Notes: generated by a model from the sequence alone, not told the origin. A DNA stretch of 64,000 nucleotides from Gemmatimonadales bacterium (GCA_037189525.1 JBBCJC010000002.1:672001-736000); one strand, 5' to 3'. Shown: positions 29,063-40,034, counted from the stretch's first letter. Numbers and translations: made by a program.

Positions 29063-30343
29063 ATGACACCGAACGAGGTCTTCGGGATTCTCGTTGCCGC
29101 GCTGGGCGGCACGGCCATCGGGTTCGAGCGGCAGTGGTCCGGCCACGCGGACGGACCCGATGCACGCTTTGCCGGGATCCGGACCTTCACCATGCTAGGT
29201 GCGCTGGGCGGGGTCTGCGGCTGGCTCTGGTCGGAGCAGGCGACGGTGCTCGCCGCGATTCTGCTCTCGGGGGTGGTGGCGTTCACGGTCGGTGCGTACA
29301 TCGCAGCCAGCCGGCGGGACATCGACGGTACGACCGAGGCCGCCGCGCTGATCGTGGTTGCCGCGGGAGTGCTCGCGGGAATGGGCAGCATGCGGGTGGC
29401 GAGCGGTATCATCGCCGTGCTCAGCGTGGTGCTGCTCGAGAAATCGCGGCTCCACTCGTTCGTCGCGCGGATCGACAGCGTCGAACTCAGGGCGGGGGCG
29501 CGGTTCGCGGTGATGGCGCTCGTGATCCTGCCGCTGCTGCCGGAAGGTCCCTACGGGCCGTTTGGAGGAATTCGCCCTCGCGAGCTCTGGATGCTGGTGC
29601 TCTTCTTCACCGGCTTGAGCTTCTTCGGCCATCTGATGCGGCGCGCGGTCGGTCCCGACAACGGGTATCTGATCAGCGGGATCGCGGGCGGGCTCGTCTC
29701 CTCCACCAATGTGACCTGGACCTTTGCTCGGCTCAGCCGGTCGGAGCCGGGTGTGGCGCGCCCGCTCGCGCTGGGCATCGTCGGCGCCAACGCCATGCTG
29801 TATCCTCGGGTGCTGGCGGCGACCACGGTGCTCAACACCGCGATGGTCCCGTCGCTGCTCCCTCTCTTGGCAGCACCTGCGCTAGTGGCGGCTCTCGCGG
29901 TCGGGATCGGTGCGTGGCAAGCGCGGCGCGGCTCGGCGCTCCGCACCTCCGTCAGTGATCCGGCCCATGTCGCCGAGCTGCGCGCCGAGCGGAATCCGCT
30001 GCAGCTGTCCAACGCGCTGCAGATGGCGGTGCTGTTTCAGGTGGTGCTCATGGTCGTCCACGTCGCGCGCGGCAACTTCGGGCAGGCCGGTCTAATGGCC
30101 ACGGCCGGCGTGCTCGGCCTTACCGATGTTGACGCGCTGACGATCTCGATGGCGCGTGAGATCGCGCCGGCCGTGTCGGTCGAGATGGCGGCGCTCGCGC
30201 TGGCAGTGGGCATCCTCTCCAATACGGCGCTCAAGACCGCGCTGGCTCTGATCTTCGGCGCCGGCACGGTCCGGCTCGTCGCCGGCGGCACCTTACTGCT
30301 CATGATCGCGGCGGGGGCGGCCGCGATCTGGCTCCGAGTCTGA
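29063..30343 (+). CDS. MgtC/SapB + DUF4010 membrane protein
   Basis: IGFERQ, FAGIRTF, GTTE, GGLVSST, GLTDVDA. Confidence 0.9.
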   Translation: MTPNEVFGILVAALGGTAIGFERQWSGHADGPDARFAGIRTFTMLGALGGVCGWLWSEQATVLAAILLSGVVAFTVGAYIAASRRDIDGTTEAAALIVVAAGVLAGMGSMRVASGIIAVLSVVLLEKSRLHSFVARIDSVELRAGARFAVMALVILPLLPEGPYGPFGGIRPRELWMLVLFFTGLSFFGHLMRRAVGPDNGYLISGIAGGLVSSTNVTWTFARLSRSEPGVARPLALGIVGANAMLYPRVLAATTVLNTAMVPSLLPLLAAPALVAALAVGIGAWQARRGSALRTSVSDPAHVAELRAERNPLQLSNALQMAVLFQVVLMVVHVARGNFGQAGLMATAGVLGLTDVDALTISMAREIAPAVSVEMAALALAVGILSNTALKTALALIFGAGTVRLVAGGTLLLMIAAGAAAIWLRV

Positions 30344-30412
30344 GGTCACGCTCGACCCGATCGAGACCGGGATGAGCATCTCCCGAATGGCCCGAATGAG
30401 GCCAAGGTGTCG

Positions 30413-31474
30413 TCAGGACGTGGCGGGCAACTTCTCCAGCGCATCCTTCGTCTCGCGATCGATCATCGGATTGCGGGCCTTGGCCGCGAGCTTGGTCAAC
30501 GCATCGCGATAGGCTGCATCGAGCGCCTTGTCGGCGGCGACGGCCATGTCCGCGGAAACACCGGTGCCTTCCCAGTTGGTCTTGGTGATCGGATTGATGG
30601 CGCGGCCCGACGGGATGAACGCCCCGAAGTGGTCGCTCAACCGCTCCATGCCACCCGGATTGGCGCCGCCCCCGGTGGTTTCGCCCACGATCATGGCCCG
30701 CTTCTGGGTCTGCATGTTGTAGGTGAATTCCTCGCCCGCCGAGAAGGTGCGCGAGCTGGTGAGGACGTAGACGTCGCGATCGACGTAGCGCTTGCCGGGC
30801 ACATGGCCGAGCGTCCACCACTGCTGGGTTTCGCCGGTGGTCCGCCAGTAGAGGCTGTTGAGGTGCACCGGGCGACCCCCCTCGAAGAAATAGGTGCAGA
30901 GGAAGGCCACCATTGCCGGACTGCCGCCGCCGTTCTGGCGGAGGTCGATGATCATGGCGTCGGTCCCGGCGAGAAACGCCATCGCCGCGGCGGCAATCTG
31001 CCCGGCCTCTCCCGACGGGTCGGCGAAGGCGTCGAGCTTGAGATACCCGATATTGCCCGCCAACCGTTCGACCTTTGCGAACCCGTAGTTCCGGCTCGCC
31101 ATCGGATCGGGGCCGGCCGGTCGGCCCTGCGGCCGAGGCTGAGGCGCCTCGGAGAAGTAGAGGACGTTGAGGTGTTTGTCGCGCGCAATGGCGGCCAGAT
31201 CCTCGGTCAGGACTCGGCTGAATGCTTTGGCGCTGGTGACGGTGTCGTAGGCCTTGGCCGCCAGCCGCTCCTTGAGCCGGGCGTCGAGCTTCTCGCCCAC
31301 CTCGGGGAAGACGTATCGGTCGCGGAGCGCTTTGCCGAGGGCGTCGATGACCTGGGCTCGTTCCGGACCGGTGACGGTTCGGTCCGGCTGGTCGCGAGGG
31401 CCTTGCGCCTCCACGCGGCTCGATGACGTGATCAGGAGCAGGGCGACGGCAAGAGCAGACAGGCGGATGACCAT
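30413..31474 (-). CDS. S41 family peptidase (IRBP-like), exported
   Basis: DKHL, GNIGYL, IIDLRQNGGG, TFSAGE, GETTGGGA. Confidence 0.92.
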   Translation of the reverse strand: MVIRLSALAVALLLITSSSRVEAQGPRDQPDRTVTGPERAQVIDALGKALRDRYVFPEVGEKLDARLKERLAAKAYDTVTSAKAFSRVLTEDLAAIARDKHLNVLYFSEAPQPRPQGRPAGPDPMASRNYGFAKVERLAGNIGYLKLDAFADPSGEAGQIAAAAMAFLAGTDAMIIDLRQNGGGSPAMVAFLCTYFFEGGRPVHLNSLYWRTTGETQQWWTLGHVPGKRYVDRDVYVLTSSRTFSAGEEFTYNMQTQKRAMIVGETTGGGANPGGMERLSDHFGAFIPSGRAINPITKTNWEGTGVSADMAVAADKALDAAYRDALTKLAAKARNPMIDRETKDALEKLPATS

Positions 31475-31509
31475 GGTTCCTCCGGCTTGACTCGCGACTG
31501 GGGATTAAT

Positions 31510-31529
31510 ATGATAGCGAATACTATGAT
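31510..31529. promoter_or_regulatory. Possible TetR operator
   Basis: Imperfect IR ATGATAG-cgaata-CTATGAT in the 50-bp divergent gap. Confidence 0.4.
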
Positions 31530-32220
31530 TCCTGCCACTCGCCGACCGTCGCGGTCCTCGCGGACCCGCGCCCCCCGCCAGGCCCGGAGCGAGGCGACCT
31601 ATCGCCGGATGCTCGATGCGGCCGAAGCGCTGCTGACGGAAGCGAGCTTCGATCAAGTCACGGTGGCTCGGATCGCCGCGCGCGCCGGTGTCACGATCGG
31701 CGCGTTTTACGCCCGATTCGCCGACAAGGACGCCCTGCTCGAGGCGTTGGAGGAGCGGGTAACCGAGGCCGTCCTGGCGGTGGTGAGCCGGGCGATCGAC
31801 CCGGCGCGGTGGGAGGGAGCCACGATCGAAGAGGCGATCCGGCATTACCTGGCCGAGTTGATCACGACCTATCGGGAGACCCGTGGCGCGGGTCGGGCCC
31901 TCGTGCTGCAGGCGCACACCGATCCGGCGCTGCGCCGCCGGCTCCACCGGCTCAACGTCGACGGGCCGCCCCAGGTACTCGAGTTGCTGCGCCGCCACGC
32001 CACGATCCATCATCCCGTGCCCAAAGTGGGGCTCGAGGTCGGGTTCCTGGCGGTCCGGAGCCTCCTCCGCGAGATCCTGCTTTTCGGCGAGACCTTTCCC
32101 GGCGGCTCGGCGTTGTCCGACCGGGCCCTTGCTGAGGAACTGACGCGGCTGCTGCTGCGCTATCTCGGGGTGCGGGGCAGCACTCGGCTTCGGTTTTCCG
32201 ATCGTCCGAAGCGCCGTTAG
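31525..32220 (+). CDS. TetR family regulator
   Basis: RQARSEAT..RMLDAA, IAARAGVTIGAFYARFADK. Confidence 0.93.
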   Translation: MIPATRRPSRSSRTRAPRQARSEATYRRMLDAAEALLTEASFDQVTVARIAARAGVTIGAFYARFADKDALLEALEERVTEAVLAVVSRAIDPARWEGATIEEAIRHYLAELITTYRETRGAGRALVLQAHTDPALRRRLHRLNVDGPPQVLELLRRHATIHHPVPKVGLEVGFLAVRSLLREILLFGETFPGGSALSDRALAEELTRLLLRYLGVRGSTRLRFSDRPKRR

Positions 32221-32297
32221 GCGACGCCAGCACGCGGCGCTGTCCGCCGCGTACCCGCCCCAGCAATCAGGACCGGATTCTCAGGTCTACGCAGCCG

Positions 32298-32326
32298 CCG
32301 CAACGGATCGAGGTGATCCGTTGCGG
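32298..32326. terminator. Hairpin between convergent genes
   Basis: CCGCAACGGATC-gaggt-GATCCGTTGCGG. Confidence 0.6.
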
Positions 32327-32344
32327 CCGTTGTGCTTCAGGATG

Positions 32345-34456
32345 TCAGGGCTTGAGGTAGCGCTGGAAGAAATCAGCCGTGGCCCGTCCGACTGTCAGCC
32401 AGTTGGCATGCCGCATGAAATGATGCGTGTCGTCGACGATGACGAGCGACTCCACCGTGACGCCCTGCCGTTCGAGCCGTTGCACCAGATCGGTGCTCTG
32501 ACTGAACAGCACGTTGCGATCATCGTCTGCGTGGATCATCAGCACCGGCGAGGTCCAGGTCGACACCGCCGACGTGGGCGACGATTCCCACGCCACCTTG
32601 GCCGCCAGGTCGGCATCGGGCGCCCGCTCGTACCGGTCGGGGCTCACCAGGTTCCGGGTCCGGTTGATGGTGCGATCGTGGACCCCATGAATATCCACCC
32701 CGGCGGCAAAGAGTTTCGAGTCGCGCCCCAGCGCCAGGGCCACCAGATACCCGCCGTACGAACCGCCGTAGAGACCGATCTTCTTCGGATCGACATTGGA
32801 CTGGGCAGCCAGCCATTCGCCGGCGGCCTTGATGTCGAGGTACTCCGAGGCGCCGTTGGTGCCGGCCCGATCCGCCTGATGGAACTCGTAGCCGTAGCCG
32901 ATGCCCAGCCGGTAGTTGACCGACAGCACCACGAAGCCTTGGCTCGCCAGGTACTGGTTGGTCGCGTAGGCATTGCTGTAGTAATCGGAATAGTTCCAGC
33001 CCAGCAGCATCTGGCGCGGTGGACCGCCGTGGATGTAGATCACGGCCGGCCGGCGACCCGACCCGGTGGTCGGCTCGAACAGCTGCGCATGTACGGTCAC
33101 CCCGTCGGACGCCTTATAGACCACCTGCTTCGGCGTCACCAGCTTGCCCAGCGGGAACTGCGACGGGATCCGATCCGCACCGAGCGTGCGAATGGCGCCG
33201 CCCGCAAACGGCATCACGGACGGAAGCGGCGGCCGGTCGGTCGTGGCGCTGATGAAGGCAAGGGTGCCGTCTCCCGTTACCACCGGACTCCATTCGAGCC
33301 CCGCGCCCGGCGTTACGACTTCCATCGCGGCGCGGTCGACCGGCACCTTGACCACGTGGCGGCGATCGATATCGAGCTTGTCCGGCCCGGCATTACCCGC
33401 AAACACCATCCACTTCCGGTCCGGCGACATCTGGATGTGCTCGGCCATGAAGTTGCCGGGCGTGAGGAGCAGCGGCTCACCGCCGCTTTCCGGCAGGGAA
33501 TACAGGTGCGGCCAGCCGTCCTGATAGGAGAGGAAGACGATCCGCCCGGCCGCCCAGTGCAGGTTGGTGCCGCCATGGGTGTTCGGCACCGAGCCCCGCA
33601 AGGTGCGCGGCGAGGTCCAGAGCCGGGTCGCGGTTTCCGGCTTGGCCAGATCGACCGAGTAGAGCGACCAGGGCGAATGCCGCCGGACCAGAATCGAATC
33701 CGGCGCGCCACCGGCGCCGGGCACCCGCACGAACACGAGTTTCCGTCCGTCCGGCGACCAGCGCGGCGAGCGATCGCGGGTATAGCCCGGCGCTATCCAG
33801 GTGAGCGGTGTCTTTTCGTCGGTATAGATGCCGATGAAAGCATGGCCGCCCCGATTCGACACGAAGGCCAGCCGGCTCCCGTCCGGCGACCAGACCGGCG
33901 ATCCGTTCGAACCGCGCGCGGTGAAGAGCGCCTTGCCCGGTGCGGAGCCATCGATCGGCGCGGCATGGATCTGGTTGCCGCGCACGTAGGCGACCCGATC
34001 GCCGCGAGGCGAGATGACCGGGCTTTCGCCTTCACCGAGGGATTTGGGCTCGCCGCCGGCAAACGGCACGGCCCAGATCTGGACCCGATTCGGCGTGGTG
34101 TTGAAGGTCGGATTGACCGGCAGGGCGTCGTCCCAGTTGGAACTGAAGTCGCCGCCGCGGACATAGACGACCCAACGCCCATCCGACGAAAGACTCACGC
34201 TGGTGAGTTCCTGGCCGTCGTCCTGATCGTAGTTGGTCAGCTTGCGCGGGGTAAACGTGGGGCCTTCCGCGACGTAGATGTTGCGGAGTCCCTGTTCGTT
34301 GAGCGCCCACGCAAGCCGTGATCCCGAGCTGGCGGCGGTCAACTCGTTGGGAAACGGGTAGGAGCGGATCTGCTCCAAGGTATAGCGCGACTGCGCAGGT
34401 ACGGCCGAGGCGCCAAGCAGCGCCAGCAGCGACGAGATGAGAAAGGTGCGTTGCAT
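32345..34456 (-). CDS. S9 family peptidase with beta-propeller, exported
   Basis: WSPDG repeats, HGGP, GGSYGG, DDRNV, DTHH. Confidence 0.94.
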   Translation of the reverse strand: MQRTFLISSLLALLGASAVPAQSRYTLEQIRSYPFPNELTAASSGSRLAWALNEQGLRNIYVAEGPTFTPRKLTNYDQDDGQELTSVSLSSDGRWVVYVRGGDFSSNWDDALPVNPTFNTTPNRVQIWAVPFAGGEPKSLGEGESPVISPRGDRVAYVRGNQIHAAPIDGSAPGKALFTARGSNGSPVWSPDGSRLAFVSNRGGHAFIGIYTDEKTPLTWIAPGYTRDRSPRWSPDGRKLVFVRVPGAGGAPDSILVRRHSPWSLYSVDLAKPETATRLWTSPRTLRGSVPNTHGGTNLHWAAGRIVFLSYQDGWPHLYSLPESGGEPLLLTPGNFMAEHIQMSPDRKWMVFAGNAGPDKLDIDRRHVVKVPVDRAAMEVVTPGAGLEWSPVVTGDGTLAFISATTDRPPLPSVMPFAGGAIRTLGADRIPSQFPLGKLVTPKQVVYKASDGVTVHAQLFEPTTGSGRRPAVIYIHGGPPRQMLLGWNYSDYYSNAYATNQYLASQGFVVLSVNYRLGIGYGYEFHQADRAGTNGASEYLDIKAAGEWLAAQSNVDPKKIGLYGGSYGGYLVALALGRDSKLFAAGVDIHGVHDRTINRTRNLVSPDRYERAPDADLAAKVAWESSPTSAVSTWTSPVLMIHADDDRNVLFSQSTDLVQRLERQGVTVESLVIVDDTHHFMRHANWLTVGRATADFFQRYLKP

Positions 34457-34475
34457 CGGACTCTCCGTGGATGAA

Positions 34476-35933
34476 TCAACCCATCACGACCGGGACGAGC
34501 AGGCCCAGAATGATGACCAGAACGACGATGGATACGATGTCGAGCAGGAACCCGGCTTTGGCCATTTGCCGGACGCTGACCTGACCCGAGCCGAACACGA
34601 TGGCATTGGGCGGCGTGGCCATCGGTAACATGAACCCGACCGACGCCGCAAAGCCCGCGACCATCATCAGCACGAGCGGCGGCTGATCGAGGCTGCGGGC
34701 CAAGGCGACCGCGATCGGCATCATCATCGCGGCGACGGCCATGTTCGAGGCCAGCTCGCTCAAAATCACCACGATCACGGCCAGGCCGAGATAGATCACG
34801 ATCGGCGGCATGCCGGCGAGACCCGATAGCTGGCCGGTCAGCCAATCGGTGACGCCATGTTTTTCGATCGCGGACGCAATCGAAAGGCCGGCGCCGAAGA
34901 ACAGAAGAATATCCCAGGGAATTTTCCGCGCTTCCTGCCAGGTCATCAGCGGACGGTTTTCGCCCTGGGGCGTTTTCCCGTTCACCAGAAAGAGCGCCAG
35001 GGCCGCGCCGAGGGCAATCCCGGTGTCGGTGAGCATCGGAACGATCTGCACCAGACCAGGAATGACCACCCCGCCGATTTCTTTGGTCTCCCGGAAAAAC
35101 CAGGCAAAGGCCGTGACGGCAAAGACTATGAGGACCCGCGCCTCGCCCCCGCGAATCGGGCCCAGCGCGGCCAGGCGCTGCTCGAGCATGCCGCGCGCGC
35201 CGCTGCCCAGGTCGGCCCGGCTCCGGAAACAGACGAACGTGAGAAGAAACCAGCACGCCGGGATCAGCAGGATCACGAGCGGCATGCCTAACGCCATGAA
35301 CTGGGCAAAGGACACCGATTCGCCGACCAGCTCTTTCATCGCCCCGACGACGACCAGATTGGGCGGGGTGCTGATCATGGTGCCCATGCCCCCGATCGAC
35401 GCCGCGTACGCCACGGCCAGCATCAGCGAGGTCCGGGTGTTGTCGCCATCCCGCCCCGTGGGAAACAGCGCGCCGACGGCGAGCGCGATCGGATACATCA
35501 TGGCCGCCGTGGCCGTATTCGAAATCCAGATCGAGATGAAGGTGGTGGCCAGCATGATGCCGAGCACGGCGCGCCGGCTGGTCAACCCGATGGCCAGAAC
35601 GAGGCGATACGCTAGACGGACATGGCTCTGCCAATGCTCGAGCGCAGCCGCCAGGAAAAATCCGCCCATGAACAGGAAGACCAGCTCGTTAGCATAGGGC
35701 GCGGCTGCTTCGCGAGTGCTAGACAGACCCAAGAGCGGAAAGAGCAGAATCGGCAACAGCGACGTCGCGACGATCGGCATCGTTTCCGTGATGAGCCAGG
35801 TCATGACCCACGCGGTGACGCCCAGGGTGGTTCGGCCTTCCGGCGACAGGGCGGATGGTCCGAGCCAGATGATCAGGACGAACAGCAACGGTCCGGCGAT
35901 CTGGGCGGCCAGTTTGGGACTGAGTCGATTCAT
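34476..35933 (-). CDS. DASS/SLC13 anion symporter
   Basis: WISNTAT, ASIGG.GT..STPPN, FMLPMATPPNAIVFG. Confidence 0.93.
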   Translation of the reverse strand: MNRLSPKLAAQIAGPLLFVLIIWLGPSALSPEGRTTLGVTAWVMTWLITETMPIVATSLLPILLFPLLGLSSTREAAAPYANELVFLFMGGFFLAAALEHWQSHVRLAYRLVLAIGLTSRRAVLGIMLATTFISIWISNTATAAMMYPIALAVGALFPTGRDGDNTRTSLMLAVAYAASIGGMGTMISTPPNLVVVGAMKELVGESVSFAQFMALGMPLVILLIPACWFLLTFVCFRSRADLGSGARGMLEQRLAALGPIRGGEARVLIVFAVTAFAWFFRETKEIGGVVIPGLVQIVPMLTDTGIALGAALALFLVNGKTPQGENRPLMTWQEARKIPWDILLFFGAGLSIASAIEKHGVTDWLTGQLSGLAGMPPIVIYLGLAVIVVILSELASNMAVAAMMMPIAVALARSLDQPPLVLMMVAGFAASVGFMLPMATPPNAIVFGSGQVSVRQMAKAGFLLDIVSIVVLVIILGLLVPVVMG

Positions 35934-36105
35934 GAGCCTCGGGAATCCGTACTGAGAAGGCAGTCGGACGGGTCGCAAATATGACCCGGGGATCGCGGTT
36001 TCGTCCATTGCCGACTTGTGAATCCGCCAGACGGCGGCCAGAATCAAGCCATGGTGGGTGTGGTTTAACGGGGTGGCATTCAAACTGCTCGAGATGGATC
36101 GTACC

Positions 36106-37518
36106 ATGCGGCCTCTGACCCGAACCACCCTCACGCTCGCTGTCGGCCTTGCCGTCGGTGGGGCGATCGGATTCGGGGTCGGTCAGTATCGGCAGCGCGC
36201 CAAATCCACCGCCGTGGCGACCGCGCAGGTTTTCAATCACGTCTTCAACACCATCCGGGCCGACTTCGTCGACTCGCTGTCCGATGCCGAGCTGTACACC
36301 AAGGCCGCCCAAGGCATCGTCAGCACCCTCGGTGATCCCTATTCAGCCTTTCTCGGCCCGGCCGACTACCGCGCGTACCGTGACATGCTCCGCGGCCAGG
36401 GCAACACCTATGGTGTCTCGATCCAGACCGGTCTGACCGGCCTTCGGATCACATCGGTGGCTCCCAATACGGCGGCGGAACGGGCCGGCCTCGTCGTCGG
36501 CGACTTCGTCGAGGCGATTCGGGACAAATCCACCCTGGGTTGGACCTCGGCCGAGGTCGCGACGGCACTCCGGGTCGACAGCATGGCGCTCCGGCTCCGG
36601 GTCCGCGCGCCGGCGGACAGCGCCTGGACGGAGGTTGAACTGGCGGCGGAGTCTGCGCGGCTGCCGGCCGTCGGGCCGGTGGTTCGGCTAAGCGACTCGG
36701 TGGCATACGTCGCGCTGCGGACTGTATCAGACCGGTCCGGCAAGGAGCTCGAGGACGCGCTCGATACGCTCGACCCCTCGGCGCTGCGTGGACTGGTGCT
36801 CGATCTGCGCGGCAACACCGGCGGGCGGCTCGATCAGGCCATTGCCATTGCCAATACGTTTCTCAACCCGGGGCAGCGCATCGGCGAGGTGGCCAAGCGG
36901 CGGCTCCGCTGGGGCTACGAGGCGCGCGATCCGGCGCGGTATCCGGACCTGCAGCTGGCCCTCCTGGTCGACCGCCGGACCGCGAGTTCGGCCGAGATCG
37001 TGGCGGCCGCCCTCCGCGACAACGAACGGGCCAGGCTGGTGGGCGAGCGGACCTTCGGCAAAGGTCTGATCCAGACCACGATCTCGCTGGGGGACAGTAT
37101 CGGGCTCCGTCTCACGACCGGGCGTTGGCAGGGGCCTGGCGGCCGGCTGATCGCGGGGGGGCTGACCCCCGACTCCGCCGTGACGCAGAGTGAATGGGAA
37201 ACCTCTCTCAGGCGGTCGTTGACGGCTCGCGTGGACGCGGTCAACGAGGTCCTCGAACAGCTGGTGCGACGCCGGATCAAGGCCGGCATCGGGCCGGACG
37301 CCGTGGTGTTGAGCCTGGCTGAGCAGGACGAAATCCGGGCTCGGATCCGTCGGGCCGGGCTGCCGTTGTCCCGGCAGACGATTCGGGCCCACCTCTCCCT
37401 GTTCGAGCGCGAGGTCGCCCGCCAACTGGCGGTGGCGAGTCGCGACCCGCAGGTAGCCATGCGATTCGCGCTCCTGGCCGATCCGGTCGTTACGGCCGGG
37501 ATGGCGGTGCTCCAGTAA
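36106..37518 (+). CDS. C-terminal processing protease (S41A, CtpA-like)
   Basis: DPYS, PDZ, LDLRGNTGG, TASSAEI, TFGKG. Confidence 0.9.
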   Translation: MRPLTRTTLTLAVGLAVGGAIGFGVGQYRQRAKSTAVATAQVFNHVFNTIRADFVDSLSDAELYTKAAQGIVSTLGDPYSAFLGPADYRAYRDMLRGQGNTYGVSIQTGLTGLRITSVAPNTAAERAGLVVGDFVEAIRDKSTLGWTSAEVATALRVDSMALRLRVRAPADSAWTEVELAAESARLPAVGPVVRLSDSVAYVALRTVSDRSGKELEDALDTLDPSALRGLVLDLRGNTGGRLDQAIAIANTFLNPGQRIGEVAKRRLRWGYEARDPARYPDLQLALLVDRRTASSAEIVAAALRDNERARLVGERTFGKGLIQTTISLGDSIGLRLTTGRWQGPGGRLIAGGLTPDSAVTQSEWETSLRRSLTARVDAVNEVLEQLVRRRIKAGIGPDAVVLSLAEQDEIRARIRRAGLPLSRQTIRAHLSLFEREVARQLAVASRDPQVAMRFALLADPVVTAGMAVLQ

Positions 37519-37607
37519 CTGTTTCCACCTGAAACATAGTCCATGGCCTGGCCGTAGGTCGCGGTCGATCCCGGGCATTTCCGAACTTACCGACCGCGAG
37601 GTGGCGC

Positions 37608-40025
37608 GTGTTGTATTGGCAGGATATCCGGTACGCCTTCCGAACCCTGCGAAAGGCTCCGTGGTTCACGGCGCTCACGGTGGTGGTGCTGGGCGGCGGT
37701 CTTGGCATCGCGATCTTCACGTTTTCGTTCCTGTACACGGCCATGGTACGGCCGCTCCCCGTCGAGGATGGCGAAGCGATCGTCCGGATTCAATTCCGGA
37801 CCGAGGGGGGTACCCGTGGTGTCGACGCCGTCGACCTGGTGCCGCTCCGCGCCCAACTCGGTGCGGTGGCCGAGTTGGGGGCATTTGCGGGCCGGGAACT
37901 GGTGGTGGGTGATGGCGACAGTCGCCAGATCATCCAGGCGACTGCGACCGAATGGAACCTGTTTGCGGTGACCCGGACGGCGCCGGCCCGAGGGCGCGCG
38001 TTGCAGCCGGCCGATCACGAGCCGGGGGCTGATCCGGTCATCGTGCTGAGCGACTGGACCTGGCGGACGGTGTTCGGCGCCGACCCGGCCATCCTCGAGA
38101 GCCGCGTTTTGCTGAACGGGGTCTCGACCCGGGTCGTAGGCATTGCTCCGCCGGGCTTCGGCTTTCCCGTAGCGAGCCAGGCGTGGGTGCCGCTCGAGAG
38201 CAACCTGGTGCGTGGCGCGGTGCCGGTCGGCCGGCTGCTCGACGTCTATGCCCGGCTGGCGCCCGGGGCGACGCCTGCTGCGCTCGAAGCCGAGCTGGCG
38301 GTGGTGTCGGCGCGGATCAGGGCCGACCGGCCGGACGACGGCGAAAGTATGGCGCCGGTCCAGCCCCTGGTCCGCTCGTTCCCGATGGCGCAGATGGGCG
38401 AGGAAGGTCCTCTTTTCTTTGCGGTGCTGCACGTCCTGGCCGCGATGATCCTGCTCCTGGCCTGCACCAACGTCATCAATCTGCTCTTGGCGCGCACCAA
38501 CGAGCGGGTTCGGGAAACCGCGGTCCGGTTGGCGCTCGGCGCGCCGCGCGGTCGCCTGGTGATGCAGAGCATGTGGGAGACCGTTCTGCTCTGCGTCGCC
38601 GGAGGTATCCTGGCGACGGCGGTGGCGGCATGGGGTCTTTCGGTCGTCAACGGCTGGGCGCATGCCAAGCTGGCGGGAAACCTGGCGTTCTGGTGGGTCT
38701 GGGCTCCCGACCTCTCGACCCTGGCTGCCGCGGGGGTGCTGGTCACCGTCGTGATTGCGCTTCTGGGTGGCGTCGTCGCCGGCCGCGCAACCAGCACCAG
38801 CCTCAATGCCGTGCTCCAGGACGGCACGGTGAGCGGCGGATCTCGGCGCGAGGGCCGGATTGCCCGCTACCTGGTGGTGGGCCAGATCGCGACCGTCTCG
38901 GCGCTGCTCTTCTTCGGCGTCATGTCCGGGCTGGTGGCGAGCCGAATCGTCAACATCGATCTGGGCTACAACACCGAACGTCTGGTGCAGACCTGGCTCG
39001 ACGAACGCGACGTGGCGCCCGAGGGCAGGGCGGTGTTCCGGCAGTCGCTGCTCTATCAGCTCGATCAGCAGGCGGAGGCCGAGGCGCCGGTCTACCGTGC
39101 GGACCTGGCGTCTATGACGGACCCGGCCGGGAGGTTCATGATCCGAGGCCAGGAGTCTTCCCGCGATGGGGAGTTGCCGCGCGCGTTCGTTCGCGCCGTG
39201 CAAGGTGCGCTGCCGTCGGCGGGCGTCGAGGTCCTGGCGGGCCGCGCCTTCGATGAACGGGACGGCTCGGCCGGCCAGGCGGTCGTGATCGTGAGTCAGG
39301 CGGTGGCGGCGCGCTGGTGGCCGGGCCGGTCGCCGCTCGGTCAGGAGATTCGGCTGACGGGAATGCCGGACTCCCTGGCCTGGCGGACCGTGATCGGCGT
39401 TGCCCGCGACGTGCCGATGGGCAATTTCCTGGCGCGGAACCGGAGCTTCCTGGCAGTGTATCTCCCGCTCCAGCAGACGGCGGCGGAGTATCCGACCCTG
39501 GCTTTCCGCCATGTCGGCGGTGTGCCGGCTGCGCAGGCAGGATTGCACCGGGCCGTCACGACACTCGACCCGGTGATGGTGCCGGGGTCGCTCCAGAGCA
39601 TGGACGAAATCATCGAGAAGTCGACTGTCCTGACGCGGGGCACTGCCAACCTGTTCGGCACCTGTTTCGGGTTTGCGTTGCTGCTGGCCGCGAGCGGCAT
39701 TTACGGACTGGCTGCGCGGTCGATCGGGCAGCGGACCCGGGAAATCGGGGTTCGGCGGGCGGTCGGTGCCGATGATCGCCGCATCCTGGCCCTGCTGCTC
39801 GGCCAGAGCGCCCGTCAGCTGGGCATCGGAACGCTCCTGGCGCTGCCGCTTCTGATCGGAACCGCCTGGCTGTTTGCCCGGTCCCTCCCGATCGGGTTGA
39901 TCGAAGCGGTGGCGGCGGCCGTGGGCGTCGCGGTGGCGATTACCGGCGTCGTACTGGCGGCCACCTGGATCCCGGCGCGTCGCGCAGTCCGGATCGAGCC
40001 GCGCGACGCGCTGTGGCAGGGATAG
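37608..40025 (+). CDS. Duplicated MacB-like orphan permease (ADOP-like)
   Basis: QDIRYAFRTL, LACTNVINLLLAR, RTREIGVRRAVGA, PARRA; no ATPase adjacent. Confidence 0.9.
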   Translation: MLYWQDIRYAFRTLRKAPWFTALTVVVLGGGLGIAIFTFSFLYTAMVRPLPVEDGEAIVRIQFRTEGGTRGVDAVDLVPLRAQLGAVAELGAFAGRELVVGDGDSRQIIQATATEWNLFAVTRTAPARGRALQPADHEPGADPVIVLSDWTWRTVFGADPAILESRVLLNGVSTRVVGIAPPGFGFPVASQAWVPLESNLVRGAVPVGRLLDVYARLAPGATPAALEAELAVVSARIRADRPDDGESMAPVQPLVRSFPMAQMGEEGPLFFAVLHVLAAMILLLACTNVINLLLARTNERVRETAVRLALGAPRGRLVMQSMWETVLLCVAGGILATAVAAWGLSVVNGWAHAKLAGNLAFWWVWAPDLSTLAAAGVLVTVVIALLGGVVAGRATSTSLNAVLQDGTVSGGSRREGRIARYLVVGQIATVSALLFFGVMSGLVASRIVNIDLGYNTERLVQTWLDERDVAPEGRAVFRQSLLYQLDQQAEAEAPVYRADLASMTDPAGRFMIRGQESSRDGELPRAFVRAVQGALPSAGVEVLAGRAFDERDGSAGQAVVIVSQAVAARWWPGRSPLGQEIRLTGMPDSLAWRTVIGVARDVPMGNFLARNRSFLAVYLPLQQTAAEYPTLAFRHVGGVPAAQAGLHRAVTTLDPVMVPGSLQSMDEIIEKSTVLTRGTANLFGTCFGFALLLAASGIYGLAARSIGQRTREIGVRRAVGADDRRILALLLGQSARQLGIGTLLALPLLIGTAWLFARSLPIGLIEAVAAAVGVAVAITGVVLAATWIPARRAVRIEPRDALWQG

Positions 40026-40034
40026 GCCCCAATC

